From assembly GCA_030631415.1 (NCBI GenBank), contig DAOVLE010000001.1, forward strand, positions 1-62,430: a stretch of 62,430 bases of DNA. Direction: 5' to 3'. The notes beneath the pieces were generated by a model. The model was not told the DNA's origin and ran no database searches. It saw only the letters and a program-made list of their open reading frames with translations. Each line of letters opens with the position of its first letter. Positions within the stretch are counted from its first letter, which is position 1. Below, in pieces: positions 39,319 to 49,200 of this stretch. The position numbers were made by a program, and so were the translations under genes. Source of the stretch: Phycisphaerales bacterium (GTDB lineage: Bacteria > Planctomycetota > Phycisphaerae > UBA1845).

Positions 39319-41307
39319 ATGTCCTCATCGAGCCGCTCGTTCACCTGGCTTCATCTGTCCGACCTTCACTTGGCCGATAATGACTACGACCAAGACATCG
39401 TCACTCGAGCACTGCTCCGGGATCTCCCGGCCTTGTTGGCCCGTGACAATCTGCGACCTGACTGCGTGTTCTTCACAGGCGACATAACCAGGCACGGAAG
39501 TGACACTGAATTCGCAAAGGCCGCTAAGTTTTTCAAAGCTCTCAAGAACTGTGTGCATCCCACACTAAACTCCGCAGGTCTGCTGGTCGTACCCGGCAAT
39601 CACGACGTGCACTGGCCATTAGTTAGCATTACCGCCAACACCGTGGATATCTCGGCCTTTCACACTGAGGGCGCAATTCATGACGTCTTCCATCAACCTG
39701 AACGCACTGTCTATCTTCAGGGTCTGCAGAACTACTTCGCATTCAGCAGGCAGAATATCGTCAAGGGCAGTATGGCGACGATGGATCAGCTCGATAGCTG
39801 GTTCTGGAGTCGCCTTTTGCGTTCGTCGGCTGGCCTTCGCATCGGCCTGATCGGCCTAACAACGTCCTGGCGATGTTGTGAGGCACTGCGCGGCAGCGAA
39901 CCTGGACATCTCCTTCTCGGCGTCTTTGGCTTGCGGCAGACACTGGAGTCCTGGAAGGCGCTTGCCCCTGACAAGCAGCCAGACCTCATCATCGTCCTTG
40001 GACACCATCCCGTTTCCTGGCTTAGCGAGGTAGAGCAAAGTCCCACTTCGAATCTGATTTCCAAAAACGTCGACATATTTCTCCGGGGGCATGAACACCG
40101 GGCGCAGTGTACATATCAGCAGTCGATTGCCGGTGCCCATCTTGAATATGCGGCAGGCGCCATATTCACGGACGAGGACAGTGTACGGCGCACTGGCCTA
40201 CGTTTTGCCGCGGGCGTTGTCCGGCCGGACGAGAGTGCCGGCACCATTTACTCTTACAAGTACAAGGAAGAGGGAGGTAATGAAAAGTGGCTTCCTGACC
40301 ATGAGTTTGCCGAATCCTCCACTCACACTTATCCGTTTTCGATTAGACCGGACACAAACCGGTCGGACTGCGTTGCCACTTCGCATCGCCCGGTTGGAGT
40401 AAACGATGACAATGCACGACCCCGATACCGCCTGCGCGCCGTCACGGCCGTCGGCTTGCTCTGTGCGCTTGCCATCGCAACTGCTCTCATCATCGTTTTT
40501 GCTCAAGGACAAGACAGGATATCCATCGCGCTCACCGATACCCCACGACACCTTGGAGACAACGTATTCGCCTCGATTGGCGTCATGGAACCATCGCCGG
40601 TGCGGGCACCGTCGGGTGACGAACACAATGGGCTGATTTGGCTCGACAAGGGGCTGGGGGAGATCACACTCACATCATTACCGACCCTGGTCATACCATT
40701 CATACGCGAGTTGCAGGCATTATATTCACAGTATGACCTCAGCACCTACCAACATGTGCGTCTTGTGCAGACATCGGATCTGGCGGCCATGCCACCGAAG
40801 AAGCGTGGTCCACCGTATGCTGAACCCTTCGGCGCAAGTTGGCTAGTATGGGATACGGGCGCGGGCAATTTCCACTTACAGCGTGCTGCCGTAGCGTTGT
40901 GCCACGTATGGGACATGAAGTCTGAATTGGAAGCGCGCAACATTCAATATGACACGGTCGAATTGGTCGATGCCAACTTGGTGATCCGCATCAGTCACGG
41001 CGGACACCCACAGGGGGACGGCGGGAGCATCTTGCTTCGACTGAATGATGCCACGCATGACATTGCTGAACTGCTAGTCCACGAAACGGGACAGCATCCG
41101 GAGGTACTGAAAATCAGTGTTAAGAACGACCTGAATATGACGGGAGATTCGTTCAATGTGCTAGGACTAGCTACAACGCCGATACAGGAGAGGACGCCCA
41201 TTCCGTGGGAGCCCTCCGGCAGGTCGTCACCTGGTCCCGCACATTTTCGTGATATTACCGTCTACTCAGTTGCTCTTCAGTTATCACTTAAGCATGAAAA
41301 GCGGTAG
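39319..41307 (+). CDS. membrane-anchored calcineurin-like metallophosphoesterase with unknown extracytoplasmic C-terminal domain
   Basis: All five MPE motifs are present: LHLSDLHL, FFTGDITRHG, VVPGNHD, VLGHHP, LRGHEH. They are followed by one TM helix (AVTAVGLLCALAIATALIIVFA) and about 265 aa I do not recognise. Confidence 0.75.
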   Translation: MSSSSRSFTWLHLSDLHLADNDYDQDIVTRALLRDLPALLARDNLRPDCVFFTGDITRHGSDTEFAKAAKFFKALKNCVHPTLNSAGLLVVPGNHDVHWPLVSITANTVDISAFHTEGAIHDVFHQPERTVYLQGLQNYFAFSRQNIVKGSMATMDQLDSWFWSRLLRSSAGLRIGLIGLTTSWRCCEALRGSEPGHLLLGVFGLRQTLESWKALAPDKQPDLIIVLGHHPVSWLSEVEQSPTSNLISKNVDIFLRGHEHRAQCTYQQSIAGAHLEYAAGAIFTDEDSVRRTGLRFAAGVVRPDESAGTIYSYKYKEEGGNEKWLPDHEFAESSTHTYPFSIRPDTNRSDCVATSHRPVGVNDDNARPRYRLRAVTAVGLLCALAIATALIIVFAQGQDRISIALTDTPRHLGDNVFASIGVMEPSPVRAPSGDEHNGLIWLDKGLGEITLTSLPTLVIPFIRELQALYSQYDLSTYQHVRLVQTSDLAAMPPKKRGPPYAEPFGASWLVWDTGAGNFHLQRAAVALCHVWDMKSELEARNIQYDTVELVDANLVIRISHGGHPQGDGGSILLRLNDATHDIAELLVHETGQHPEVLKISVKNDLNMTGDSFNVLGLATTPIQERTPIPWEPSGRSSPGPAHFRDITVYSVALQLSLKHEKR

Positions 41308-41412
41308 GTGAGCGCGAGCCTGCTCATGGATAACCGCCGGCTCGCCTAGAAACGTCACCCGCGCTATGGTTTACACACGAACTGCCGTGCGTGTGGCGAA
41401 TGAGGAGAAGCG

Positions 41413-44400
41413 ATGCGACAGCGCTTATGGAACGAGCTGAGAGCCGCTCGGTACGAGGAGGCCGTAGCAGAGTTGACTGCGCTCCACGAGTCGGGGGAGG
41501 ACTTCGACGCCCATCTTGTTCTCGCAGCAGTTAGGCTGCAGCATGAGGCGGCTCAGCCAATCCCAGACACTTGGGCCAGCGAGTGGCAAGCGAACGGTCT
41601 GACAGAACTTGTTACGATTGCAGCGCACCTGTTCAAGGGTCAATGGCGGAGTGCTGTCGATGAGTACCAGAAGCGCAAGGATGCCTTTCGACAAACCAAA
41701 GACGACGGCGGATCAGCCGCGCTTGCAGCGTGGTGTGCGACCCGAGCCGCCTTGGAACTCGGGGACAGCACACTAGCCGCTGGCATTGCGTCTGAGGCAC
41801 TTGACTGCGGTTATCGCAGTCCTGTTCTCTTGGTGGAGGCGCTGCGCGTTCAGTTGGAACATGCCTTTCTTCCCTGCCCAGATACACTTGTTGTCGACTT
41901 GAGCCTCTGGGTTGATGATGGTCACACGTCGTTCATGTCTCCCGCCTGGGCGGCTATTGCCGAGGGCCTGTCAGCATGGCTCAATCATCGTGATGGTGCG
42001 AGCACACAGGTTCAACAGTATTTGAACAAGGCGGGCACAGATCTCCAGCCATATCCATTCGATCTGGCTGAGCTTCTTCCCTTTTTTGAACGGATTCAAC
42101 ACCCTGTGGCCCAGGCATATGCTGCGTCCATCTTACCGCGGTCGCGCGGTAGTTATTACACGTGCCGTTATGTGTTTCATGGCGACCCAGCATTCTCTGA
42201 GGCCAACGGCCTTCTTGACCAACTGCTGAGTGACAACCCATCTTCTCCGGGCTTGCATTTGTGCAAGGCGCAATTGGCCCTAAAACACAAGCAGTACAGC
42301 CAGGCCCTCGCGTCAGCTCTGTCTGTTCGAGAGATTGACGCGACCAACATAAAGGCGGTGCGCATAGCCTTTCAGGGGGCCACGCGTTCCGGCAACCTGC
42401 CACAGGCGATTGAGCTCGCAAAAGACCTCGTGCTGCTTTCGAGCGACCACGCAGCGGCCTACGAGTTTGCATATAGGGAATTTACCGCAATCGGGCGCCA
42501 AGAGGATATTGTTTCGATCGCCGAGTTCTGGTGCGGACAAGAGTGGGACACAAAGGAGAATGCGCGGCTCCCTTTAGATGTGTCCGCCGTTAAGCAGTTT
42601 CATCAGAGAGGGCGACATGACGCACTCGTTGAGTTGCTGAACCGGCGAGCTGAACAGCTCGGTGAGGAGCAGCTGGCGTCCTTGCTCGCACGCGAAGAGG
42701 TCCGGAATGTTCTTGCGGAGCTAGGCACGCTGCAGGGTTTGAACGTGGCTGCACGCTTCGCGTGCGCCAGAGCAAGCGAGAGCATAAAGGACATTGAGGC
42801 CGCGTCGGAGACTCTGGCGGCAATGGCGCTTGATGAGACCATCTCTGCTGAAGAGAGAACGGGAGCGAAGTGGCGGAACAAAATAGTCCAGGCGCACGCT
42901 TCCTTGCTTAGAAACATGGACGATGCAGAGTGTCTTCGAGACTTCTTGGGCGTCTGTGCACAGGCCGACGCCGCGTTGGCCATTCCGGCCGTCCGAGCGC
43001 TGCTCGATCGCCTTGGACAGGAGGGGCGCCTGCTGGACGCCAGGGGAGTCATAGAGACACTTGTGTCCAAGGCCGACTCTGAGACAATCCTCACATTCTG
43101 TGCGGAATGGCTTGACACCAAACTGCATGATGCCGCGGCGGGTCTTGAGTGTCTAAGGCCCCACCTGGATGCCATAAGTGAGTCCACAACGTGGCGGTGT
43201 CGGTGCCGTCTACTGAGCAAGTGTGGGGACTCGGAGGCGTGGATAGCCGCGGCGAGTGAAGGGCAGGGGCGGTTTCCTGACACAAAAGCCCTGTTCGTAA
43301 TAGAAGAGGGCTTAGCAAAGGCAGCCATCGAGCCAGCCACGGCTATAGATCTGCTGCACAGTGGACTTCTCTCGGAGCCTACCGATAACCGAGGCTTGAA
43401 CGGGTTTCTCCCACTTGCGAAGCGATTTGACAGGCACCATGAGGCAATTGAGGTGTTGCAGAAAACAATTGCCAAGGTACCGACATCAACCGGCTGCCGC
43501 GCTTGGTTGGCAGCGCTGCTCGATGCGTCAGGCAGTGATGAGCGCGCGCTTCTTGAGCACTTGTATTATCTGGTTCATCGCGACACCGGGTATGGCAAGA
43601 AGGAGCGAGACACCAGTCGCAAGCACATGCCGCGCGTTCGTGAGCGACTTCTAACGGCTCGGCAAGCGGAAGATGAGTATCTAGACAGTTTCGCGAAGGC
43701 GCACCGGCAGCGGGTGTCTGCGGCCATTCGATCGGTACCGCTCCTTGCGGACAACGTCGTAGCCGCAGTGTTTGCCCAACTCGAGACGGACGATAGCGCA
43801 GATAACAACAGTGAAGAGCAGTCCAAGGAAGACACGCATACTGCAACTCAGTTAGGCCTTATATTGGTGGTAGATAGCCACCATCTTGCAAAACCCGAAC
43901 AAACGCGCTTGGCCAGCGTGGCCACGGAGGCACTAACAGTTCGGGGATATTCCGAACTCGTTAGGATTCACGCGAGCGCCGAAATATGGCACGAACTGCG
44001 ACGATCCACGCGCGGCCTGCTGGAAGGCATACTGGCGGGAGTGCCTGCTCTTGACAGCTCTTTTCTCGAGTGCCTTCGCGCAGTGGATTCACATCGTGAG
44101 ATGGTCCTCGAGAAATTCAAGGAGTACGTGGCGTGCTACGTCGTCGCTGGTTCTTTTGTGCGCGGCACTGCCCGACCGTCGTCCGACATGGACGTGTGGA
44201 TTGTAATCAACGACACGGATGTCAAGCGCATGAGCCGACAGGACTTGTTCAAGAAGATTAAGACAATTGTTGACGAGCAGGCTGTGGAGGCGAGACAGCG
44301 TTGGGCCAGCAATCGGCAGATACATGTGCAGACATACCTGTTATCTGACTTCTGGGATAAATTGCGTGAATCGTCACCCATTCTGACGTCCTTTTTGCGC

Positions 44401-45105
44401 GACGGCGTGCCATTGTACGATAATGGCTTTTTCAATACGTGGACCGTTCTGCTAGACGAGGGGAAGCTGCAGGCCACGAGGGAAGCTTTAGATAGACAAA
44501 TAAGGACACTGCGCGACGTACGAGAGCGTGGCCGCAAGGCGATTAACGACGTTTTGGGAGGGCTCGTGAATACAATCAAGCGCACGGCCATTGGACCGCT
44601 GGAAGTCGTTCTCGAAGCAATGGGTCTTCCGACGGGTGACTACCGTCAAGTTGTTGAGATAACAAAGCGAGAGCTCGTCGCTGAGCGGGAGCTGTTTAGC
44701 CCTGATGACTTGGTAATCGCCGAGCAAGCCGTAGACATGTGCAAGGCATACGAAGCCGGGAGATTACCCGATGCCGAGAAGGTGTGTGCCTTATTTAGAC
44801 AAACAGAGGAACTTTCGGACAAGTGTCAACGCGTGTATCAGAAGGTTCTTTTCGAAAGGGACCTAGATCTTGTTCGGTCATGGGCCGAGCGCATTCGGCA
44901 GAGCGTCCAGGGCGAGGACGCTGTCTCTGAGCATGGTGTTCCACCGGATGAGAGCACGATGCTCAAAAGATTCGTGGAGAGGGTTGACGATGTAGTAGCA
45001 CACGTGGACGACCCATTGTCGCCGCTGCGCACGGCGATTCTGGCGGCAGAAGTTGCTAGCATCAAACGATGGGAATGGTTGTTAGAAGAAAGGGCGGCCA
45101 GGTGA
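41413..45105 (+). CDS. large alpha-helical (TPR-like) repeat protein with a Pol-beta-superfamily nucleotidyltransferase domain
   Basis: 1230 aa. About 850 aa are helical-repeat sequence. This is followed by VVAGSFVRGTARPSSDMDVWIVIND, the G[SG]-x9-13-DxD minimal NTase signature (nt ~44150-44210), and a helical C-terminal region. GAGGAG lies before the ATG. Confidence 0.7.
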   Translation: MRQRLWNELRAARYEEAVAELTALHESGEDFDAHLVLAAVRLQHEAAQPIPDTWASEWQANGLTELVTIAAHLFKGQWRSAVDEYQKRKDAFRQTKDDGGSAALAAWCATRAALELGDSTLAAGIASEALDCGYRSPVLLVEALRVQLEHAFLPCPDTLVVDLSLWVDDGHTSFMSPAWAAIAEGLSAWLNHRDGASTQVQQYLNKAGTDLQPYPFDLAELLPFFERIQHPVAQAYAASILPRSRGSYYTCRYVFHGDPAFSEANGLLDQLLSDNPSSPGLHLCKAQLALKHKQYSQALASALSVREIDATNIKAVRIAFQGATRSGNLPQAIELAKDLVLLSSDHAAAYEFAYREFTAIGRQEDIVSIAEFWCGQEWDTKENARLPLDVSAVKQFHQRGRHDALVELLNRRAEQLGEEQLASLLAREEVRNVLAELGTLQGLNVAARFACARASESIKDIEAASETLAAMALDETISAEERTGAKWRNKIVQAHASLLRNMDDAECLRDFLGVCAQADAALAIPAVRALLDRLGQEGRLLDARGVIETLVSKADSETILTFCAEWLDTKLHDAAAGLECLRPHLDAISESTTWRCRCRLLSKCGDSEAWIAAASEGQGRFPDTKALFVIEEGLAKAAIEPATAIDLLHSGLLSEPTDNRGLNGFLPLAKRFDRHHEAIEVLQKTIAKVPTSTGCRAWLAALLDASGSDERALLEHLYYLVHRDTGYGKKERDTSRKHMPRVRERLLTARQAEDEYLDSFAKAHRQRVSAAIRSVPLLADNVVAAVFAQLETDDSADNNSEEQSKEDTHTATQLGLILVVDSHHLAKPEQTRLASVATEALTVRGYSELVRIHASAEIWHELRRSTRGLLEGILAGVPALDSSFLECLRAVDSHREMVLEKFKEYVACYVVAGSFVRGTARPSSDMDVWIVINDTDVKRMSRQDLFKKIKTIVDEQAVEARQRWASNRQIHVQTYLLSDFWDKLRESSPILTSFLRDGVPLYDNGFFNTWTVLLDEGKLQATREALDRQIRTLRDVRERGRKAINDVLGGLVNTIKRTAIGPLEVVLEAMGLPTGDYRQVVEITKRELVAERELFSPDDLVIAEQAVDMCKAYEAGRLPDAEKVCALFRQTEELSDKCQRVYQKVLFERDLDLVRSWAERIRQSVQGEDAVSEHGVPPDESTMLKRFVERVDDVVAHVDDPLSPLRTAILAAEVASIKRWEWLLEERAAR

Positions 45106-45154
45106 CAAGAACGAGCAGGGGTCTGAAAGAGGTGGTGAGGTGGAGAGCTGAGAG

Positions 45155-46012
45155 ATGCTGAGATTACTCGTCGTTGGTGATCTTCACGCCAATTTGTCTG
45201 CAATCCAGCAGATTGTCCGCGCGGCTGCAACAGCTCCGTCAGACATGACGCCTGACGCGGTAATCCTCACTGGTGATTTTGCAGCGCATGACGCGCGCCT
45301 GCCAGCCGCTGTGGCAAGCCGGATTCAACGTGGTGTTGTTCGTGCAACAGAATCGCTCTGGTGTGGGCTGCAGGTGCCTATACTATGTGTTCCGGGGAAC
45401 CATGACAGACCGGACTTGTGGGGTGTGGGCGGATGCTTGCAGAGCATCGACACGCTTGGAGGCAGGCAGCCGGCAATGGTAAAAGGATACCGAGTTATTG
45501 GGGTGGGTGGGAGTTGGCGATTCGGAGGTTTGCCGTACGAATGGGAAGACTCCGAAGGTTTTGAGAAAGCGCTGGAGGATAGGTGGCCGGCCTCGGATGA
45601 CGTCCCGGAAGTGTTGCTTTTCCATGCACCGCCGGCAGAGGCAGGTGTAGATAGGGTGGTGTCCGGTGAGTGCGTCGGGAGCAGGGCGTTACGAAACATC
45701 GCGCTTCGAAGAAGGCCAAGGTTGGTTATATGTGGCCACATACACGAGGGAATTGGCCCTGGCGTTCTCGGTGGCGAGATTCCAGTGTTTAATGCGGGGC
45801 TAGCAGGTGTGCCTCTCATTCCGCCGTTTATGTTGCGCCAGAGGAACACTGAGAAGCCTCGACGGTTGCGCGTTCCCGGGTCGTTCTTCAGCATGCATAT
45901 GATTGAGGAAAGCGAGTCGCAGTACGACGTGGTGGCCATGTGTAATCTCGGCAGAGGATGGATTCGACAACACCTCGTGTTCGAATCGAGGCGTGGATGG
46001 CGAGTCGAATAA
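45155..46012 (+). CDS. stand-alone calcineurin-like metallophosphoesterase
   Basis: 285 aa with motifs VVGDLHAN, ILTGDFAAHD, CVPGNHD, LLFHAPP and VICGHIHEG. Confidence 0.8.
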   Translation: MLRLLVVGDLHANLSAIQQIVRAAATAPSDMTPDAVILTGDFAAHDARLPAAVASRIQRGVVRATESLWCGLQVPILCVPGNHDRPDLWGVGGCLQSIDTLGGRQPAMVKGYRVIGVGGSWRFGGLPYEWEDSEGFEKALEDRWPASDDVPEVLLFHAPPAEAGVDRVVSGECVGSRALRNIALRRRPRLVICGHIHEGIGPGVLGGEIPVFNAGLAGVPLIPPFMLRQRNTEKPRRLRVPGSFFSMHMIEESESQYDVVAMCNLGRGWIRQHLVFESRRGWRVE

Positions 46013-46473
46013 CGACCTATTAAGAGACGTGTGATTGAAGAGGGGCCCCTTTTCCCGCGGTGGATCACTGGCGCAGGCCTGGTAGGTGCCACTCACGCCG
46101 GGCGGGCGGAGCGCAGCTCGTCCGGCTCCCCAGCGATTCGATCGCCGAAGCCGTCCAGCCGGGAGGCGCCTCTACATCACGGGGCTTGGGCGCCTCCTGA
46201 CAAGCCGATGTGCTTCCGCTCGCGTGATATCGTGGCGGGTACGAACGAGCAGCCGGACAGTGTTCGGAACCCTGAACACCCTGGTGACTGCACCGTGAAT
46301 GTGCCGCGTCGCAGTCTGGTTCGGCGAAGTGGTAGGACTACCACCTAAAGTGGTAATACCACCTCTAAACGCGTCAAAACGCGACAGAATGCGAAGGATT
46401 GCGAAAACCGAGAATCACGGTAAGATACTGGAAACACAGGCTTTGAGAGCCAAATCGGCCAGGGCAGGTCCTA

Positions 46474-46517
46474 GCTTCCCAAGCTGGACGTCGTCGGTTC
46501 GAATCCGATCGCCCGCT
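46474..46517 (+). repeat. att repeat 1: 3' portion of tRNA-Gly(CCC) (anticodon loop to acceptor end)
   Basis: GCTTCCCAAGCTGGACGTCGTCGGTTCGAATCCGATCGCCCGCT contains an anticodon loop TTCCCAA, a T-arm GTCGG-TTCGAAT-CCGAT and an acceptor 3' strand CGCCCGC plus U73. It closely parallels E. coli glyU. No matching 5' half (GCGGGCG...) lies upstream. It is identical to 58125-58168 and 62273-62316. Confidence 0.85.
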
Positions 46518-46639
46518 ATAAACGCTGTAACCACAGATGGTTACAGCTCGTCGCTCCTCGTCCTGGCGTGGACGGAACCGAGGAAAATCGGTCTCTTTTC
46601 GTCGCTGTAAGTCCTTTTGCGGCGCTATTCGTCCCTCCG

Positions 46640-46662
46640 AACCGCCAGTAAACCGCCAGTAG
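46640..46662 (+). promoter_or_regulatory. tandem AACCGCCAGTA x2 (candidate integrase arm-type site, left arm)
   Basis: AACCGCCAGTAAACCGCCAGTAG lies 123 bp right of att repeat 1. The same 23-mer occurs at 58046-58068, 57 bp left of att repeat 2. Confidence 0.5.
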
Positions 46663-46758
46663 ATCGGGCCTTGGGGGACGGTCTCGTTGGAACCAGGCGG
46701 CGCGGAAGGGTGGGCGACAGCGAATTCCAGATCAGGTTGGGGGCTTGGAATCGGCTGG

Positions 46759-46974
46759 CTACCTTGTCGGCCCGGATAGCTTCTCGTACCGATCAAGAAC
46801 ACTTAACTCCTGGACCCACATGTTGTAGTCGTGGTAGGCCCCCGCGAACATGAGTACGATCCCACCGGCAATCACGACCGGCAAGTGGACCACGCTCTGG
46901 TCTTCAAGTATCGAGTTGGCGATGATGGCTGCTGCGAGCATGGCTACGCCTGAACTTGTAAGGAAACAGACCAT
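46759..46974 (-). CDS. small hydrophobic protein
   Basis: 71 aa with two predicted TM helices. Confidence 0.35.
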   Translation of the reverse strand: MVCFLTSSGVAMLAAAIIANSILEDQSVVHLPVVIAGGIVLMFAGAYHDYNMWVQELSVLDRYEKLSGPTR

Positions 46975-46980
46975 CGCTCC

Positions 46981-47382
46981 TCACTCGCTTAGTGCTCTAC
47001 CGATGCTCCTATGCGGCTCCTTGTCTGTTCCCAGTCTGCACCATCGTTCGTAATCGAGCCAGCGGCTGAGTTCGCGGTTGCAGGTATCTTCTTCGGCGAA
47101 TTCTCCAACATATGACTTGTGTTTCGCTCGCGCTATCCGCAGGACAACCGGTCCAACCCAGGAGAGGATACATGCCTTGCAGAAAGTGTACGATACCATG
47201 CCGAATATCGCGCCGGCCACTAGAAATGTCCACCATCCTTGAGATTGCAGTGAGTGGCTCTTGGAGGCGAACATGAAGGCAAGATACCCTACGTATCCAG
47301 GGGCAACATAGCGAAGCAAAGTCCTGGTATTCTCAACAAGCGCATTTAACGCCGAAGCCGTGCTCTCAACTGGATTGCTCAT
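46981..47382 (-). CDS. hypothetical membrane protein
   Basis: The internal start MSNPVESTASAL follows GGAGAG. This choice avoids overlap with the integrase gene. Two hydrophobic helices. Confidence 0.45.
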   Translation of the reverse strand: MSNPVESTASALNALVENTRTLLRYVAPGYVGYLAFMFASKSHSLQSQGWWTFLVAGAIFGMVSYTFCKACILSWVGPVVLRIARAKHKSYVGEFAEEDTCNRELSRWLDYERWCRLGTDKEPHRSIGRALSE

Positions 47383-47452
47383 TGTCTTCTCTCCGTGCGT
47401 AGCTCGATGCCATTCAGCCTGGATTCTCCATTCACTGAGCTTTCGATCATCT

Positions 47453-48634
47453 TCATACCACGTGAAGCCTCTCGATTCCAGCGGGAATCGGGTCGGGAAG
47501 GACCAGCCCGAAGTCGATCTTGCCCGCCTCGTCAACCAGCCGGGCATCGTCATTCTGGGCATAGTAGGTCTCCAGGATCAGCTTGAAGTCGCCATGCCCA
47601 AACATCTTGATCATCACCTGCCACGGCATCCCCTGCTGAGCCACCGTTGACGCCCAATACTTCCGCAAGCTGTGCGGGACGAAGTGCTTCTCGAACCTAA
47701 GCTGATCGCAAATCTGACGGAATCGCTTCTCGACGTTGTGGGCGTGGACCTGCGTACCGCGCATCGTTTCGAACACCCATAGGTCGCGGCGGTTCGTCCG
47801 GCGTAGCCGTTTCGGGATCGTCGCCAACTCGGGAACCATGGCGATGCGACGGACGCCGTGTTTGGTCTTGGGCTGCCAGAAAATGCCGTTCTTCATCCCC
47901 GGACGAATCAGGATCACGTTGTTCTCGAAATCCACGTCGTCCCAGGTGAGGTGGACCGCTTCACCGATCCGCATACCAGTCAAGCACAACGCCGTGAACA
48001 GATCAGTGTAGTCGTTGGCGTTGATGCCCTTGAAAATCCGACGACCATCATGCCGTCGTTCGCCGGTGGGGACAGCCTCGATCCGTGCATTTTTGATGAT
48101 CAGGCGGACTTCTTCGGCAGTGGGTACGGCGCTGCCCGTGACTCCGTTGCCGTTGGTGTCGTCGGGCGTCGGGATGTGAACGCCATTCAGTTTGGGCACG
48201 TCAGCGATGAGCGTCCGTTCGTGTGCGTACTCCAGAACGCCGAGGATGAAGTTGAGCTGCCGACTGGCTGATGATGGCTGTATTCGGCTCAGCTCTTCTT
48301 CCGCGAAACCTCTGAGCATGGCTGCATCAACCTGATCGACACCGAGCGTCCCATACGCTCGCCCGACGAATCGTGCGAACGAGGCGATTGCACCGGTGAG
48401 CTTCAGCATGCTCGACTTCCGTAGTTTCTTGCATTCATGGCCTTCACGGCGAGCTGTCACATAATCCCCGGCAACCGTGGAGAAGAGGACGCGGACGTTG
48501 GCGGCATGGACTGGGAAACCGTTTCTGATTGCAGCTTGCTGGTATGCAAACTGCTCGGCGCGGGATCGATTGAGTTCCTTCGTGGGCACCGTTGCCCACT
48601 TGTCCCCACGGCTATCGCAAGGACCGCCCGACAC
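47453..48634 (-). CDS. int: tyrosine integrase of the 46.5-58.2 kb island
   Basis: Box I is LTGMRIGEAVHLTWDDVD, H-x-x-R is FVPHSLRKYWAST, and the catalytic Tyr context is GHGDFKLILETYY. It lies about 0.9 kb from att repeat 1. Confidence 0.85.
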   Translation of the reverse strand: MSGGPCDSRGDKWATVPTKELNRSRAEQFAYQQAAIRNGFPVHAANVRVLFSTVAGDYVTARREGHECKKLRKSSMLKLTGAIASFARFVGRAYGTLGVDQVDAAMLRGFAEEELSRIQPSSASRQLNFILGVLEYAHERTLIADVPKLNGVHIPTPDDTNGNGVTGSAVPTAEEVRLIIKNARIEAVPTGERRHDGRRIFKGINANDYTDLFTALCLTGMRIGEAVHLTWDDVDFENNVILIRPGMKNGIFWQPKTKHGVRRIAMVPELATIPKRLRRTNRRDLWVFETMRGTQVHAHNVEKRFRQICDQLRFEKHFVPHSLRKYWASTVAQQGMPWQVMIKMFGHGDFKLILETYYAQNDDARLVDEAGKIDFGLVLPDPIPAGIERLHVV

Positions 48635-48678
48635 AACCTGCCTCTCCCGACGATTGTGCTCTCAAAGACGACGCAGGA

Positions 48679-49200
48679 ATGGCGGACATTCAGACGGTCG
48701 GCAACGTCGTCAAGAAAGTGACAACGACCGCCCGCAATCTCTGGGAAAAAGTCGAGGCGCTGCCACCCGAATCCTACAACAGCGCCGAGCGCCATGGCGC
48801 GTTCTTGAAGGGGTTTGCTACCGACATCGAAGGCGCAGTGATGAATATGTACCGAACGGTCGTCAAACTGACCGAGTTGGCAAGAGACGCAAACGAAGGC
48901 GCTTTGGCAGATGTGGCTGGTGACTTACAGAGACTCCAATCGACCTTGTCCGCCTTGGAGGGCAACGTCTCCGTACCCGCAACTGATGCCTCTCAGGATG
49001 ACGACCGATTCGTACTGACCTTGACATGCCACGATTGCGGATGCACCGAGGAATTCGCGGGGGAGGATGAGCAACATATCTTCCACGATTTCGCCAATCG
49101 GCAAGTCCACGACTGGATGATCGAAGGGCTGAATACGTTATGCCCTGACTGCCTGGATGCCCTGTGCGACCACGAAGTCGCACGAGAGGAGGTGGCGTGA
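48679..49200 (+). CDS. hypothetical protein with C-terminal Cys-rich zinc-ribbon-like motif
   Basis: Start MADIQTVGNVV. Cys-rich motifs CHDCGC...LCPDCLDALCDHE. Its TGA (49198-49200) overlaps the ATG of the Dam-like gene by 1 nt. Confidence 0.5.
   Translation: MADIQTVGNVVKKVTTTARNLWEKVEALPPESYNSAERHGAFLKGFATDIEGAVMNMYRTVVKLTELARDANEGALADVAGDLQRLQSTLSALEGNVSVPATDASQDDDRFVLTLTCHDCGCTEEFAGEDEQHIFHDFANRQVHDWMIEGLNTLCPDCLDALCDHEVAREEVA

Noticed and set aside
41314-41345. The hairpin GCGAGCC-N18-GGCTCGC after the first phosphoesterase gene, read as an intrinsic terminator.
   Set aside because: No U-tract follows it. It may be an attenuator or nothing at all, and the evidence is insufficient to annotate it.
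46420-46520. Possibility that the att repeats are intact tRNA or tmRNA genes.
   Set aside because: The 3' acceptor strand CGCCCGC requires GCGGGCG about 65 nt upstream, and none of the three copies has it. Their upstream sequences also differ from one another. The acceptor end lacks the G-U/ACCA features of tmRNA. They are treated as tRNA 3' fragments.
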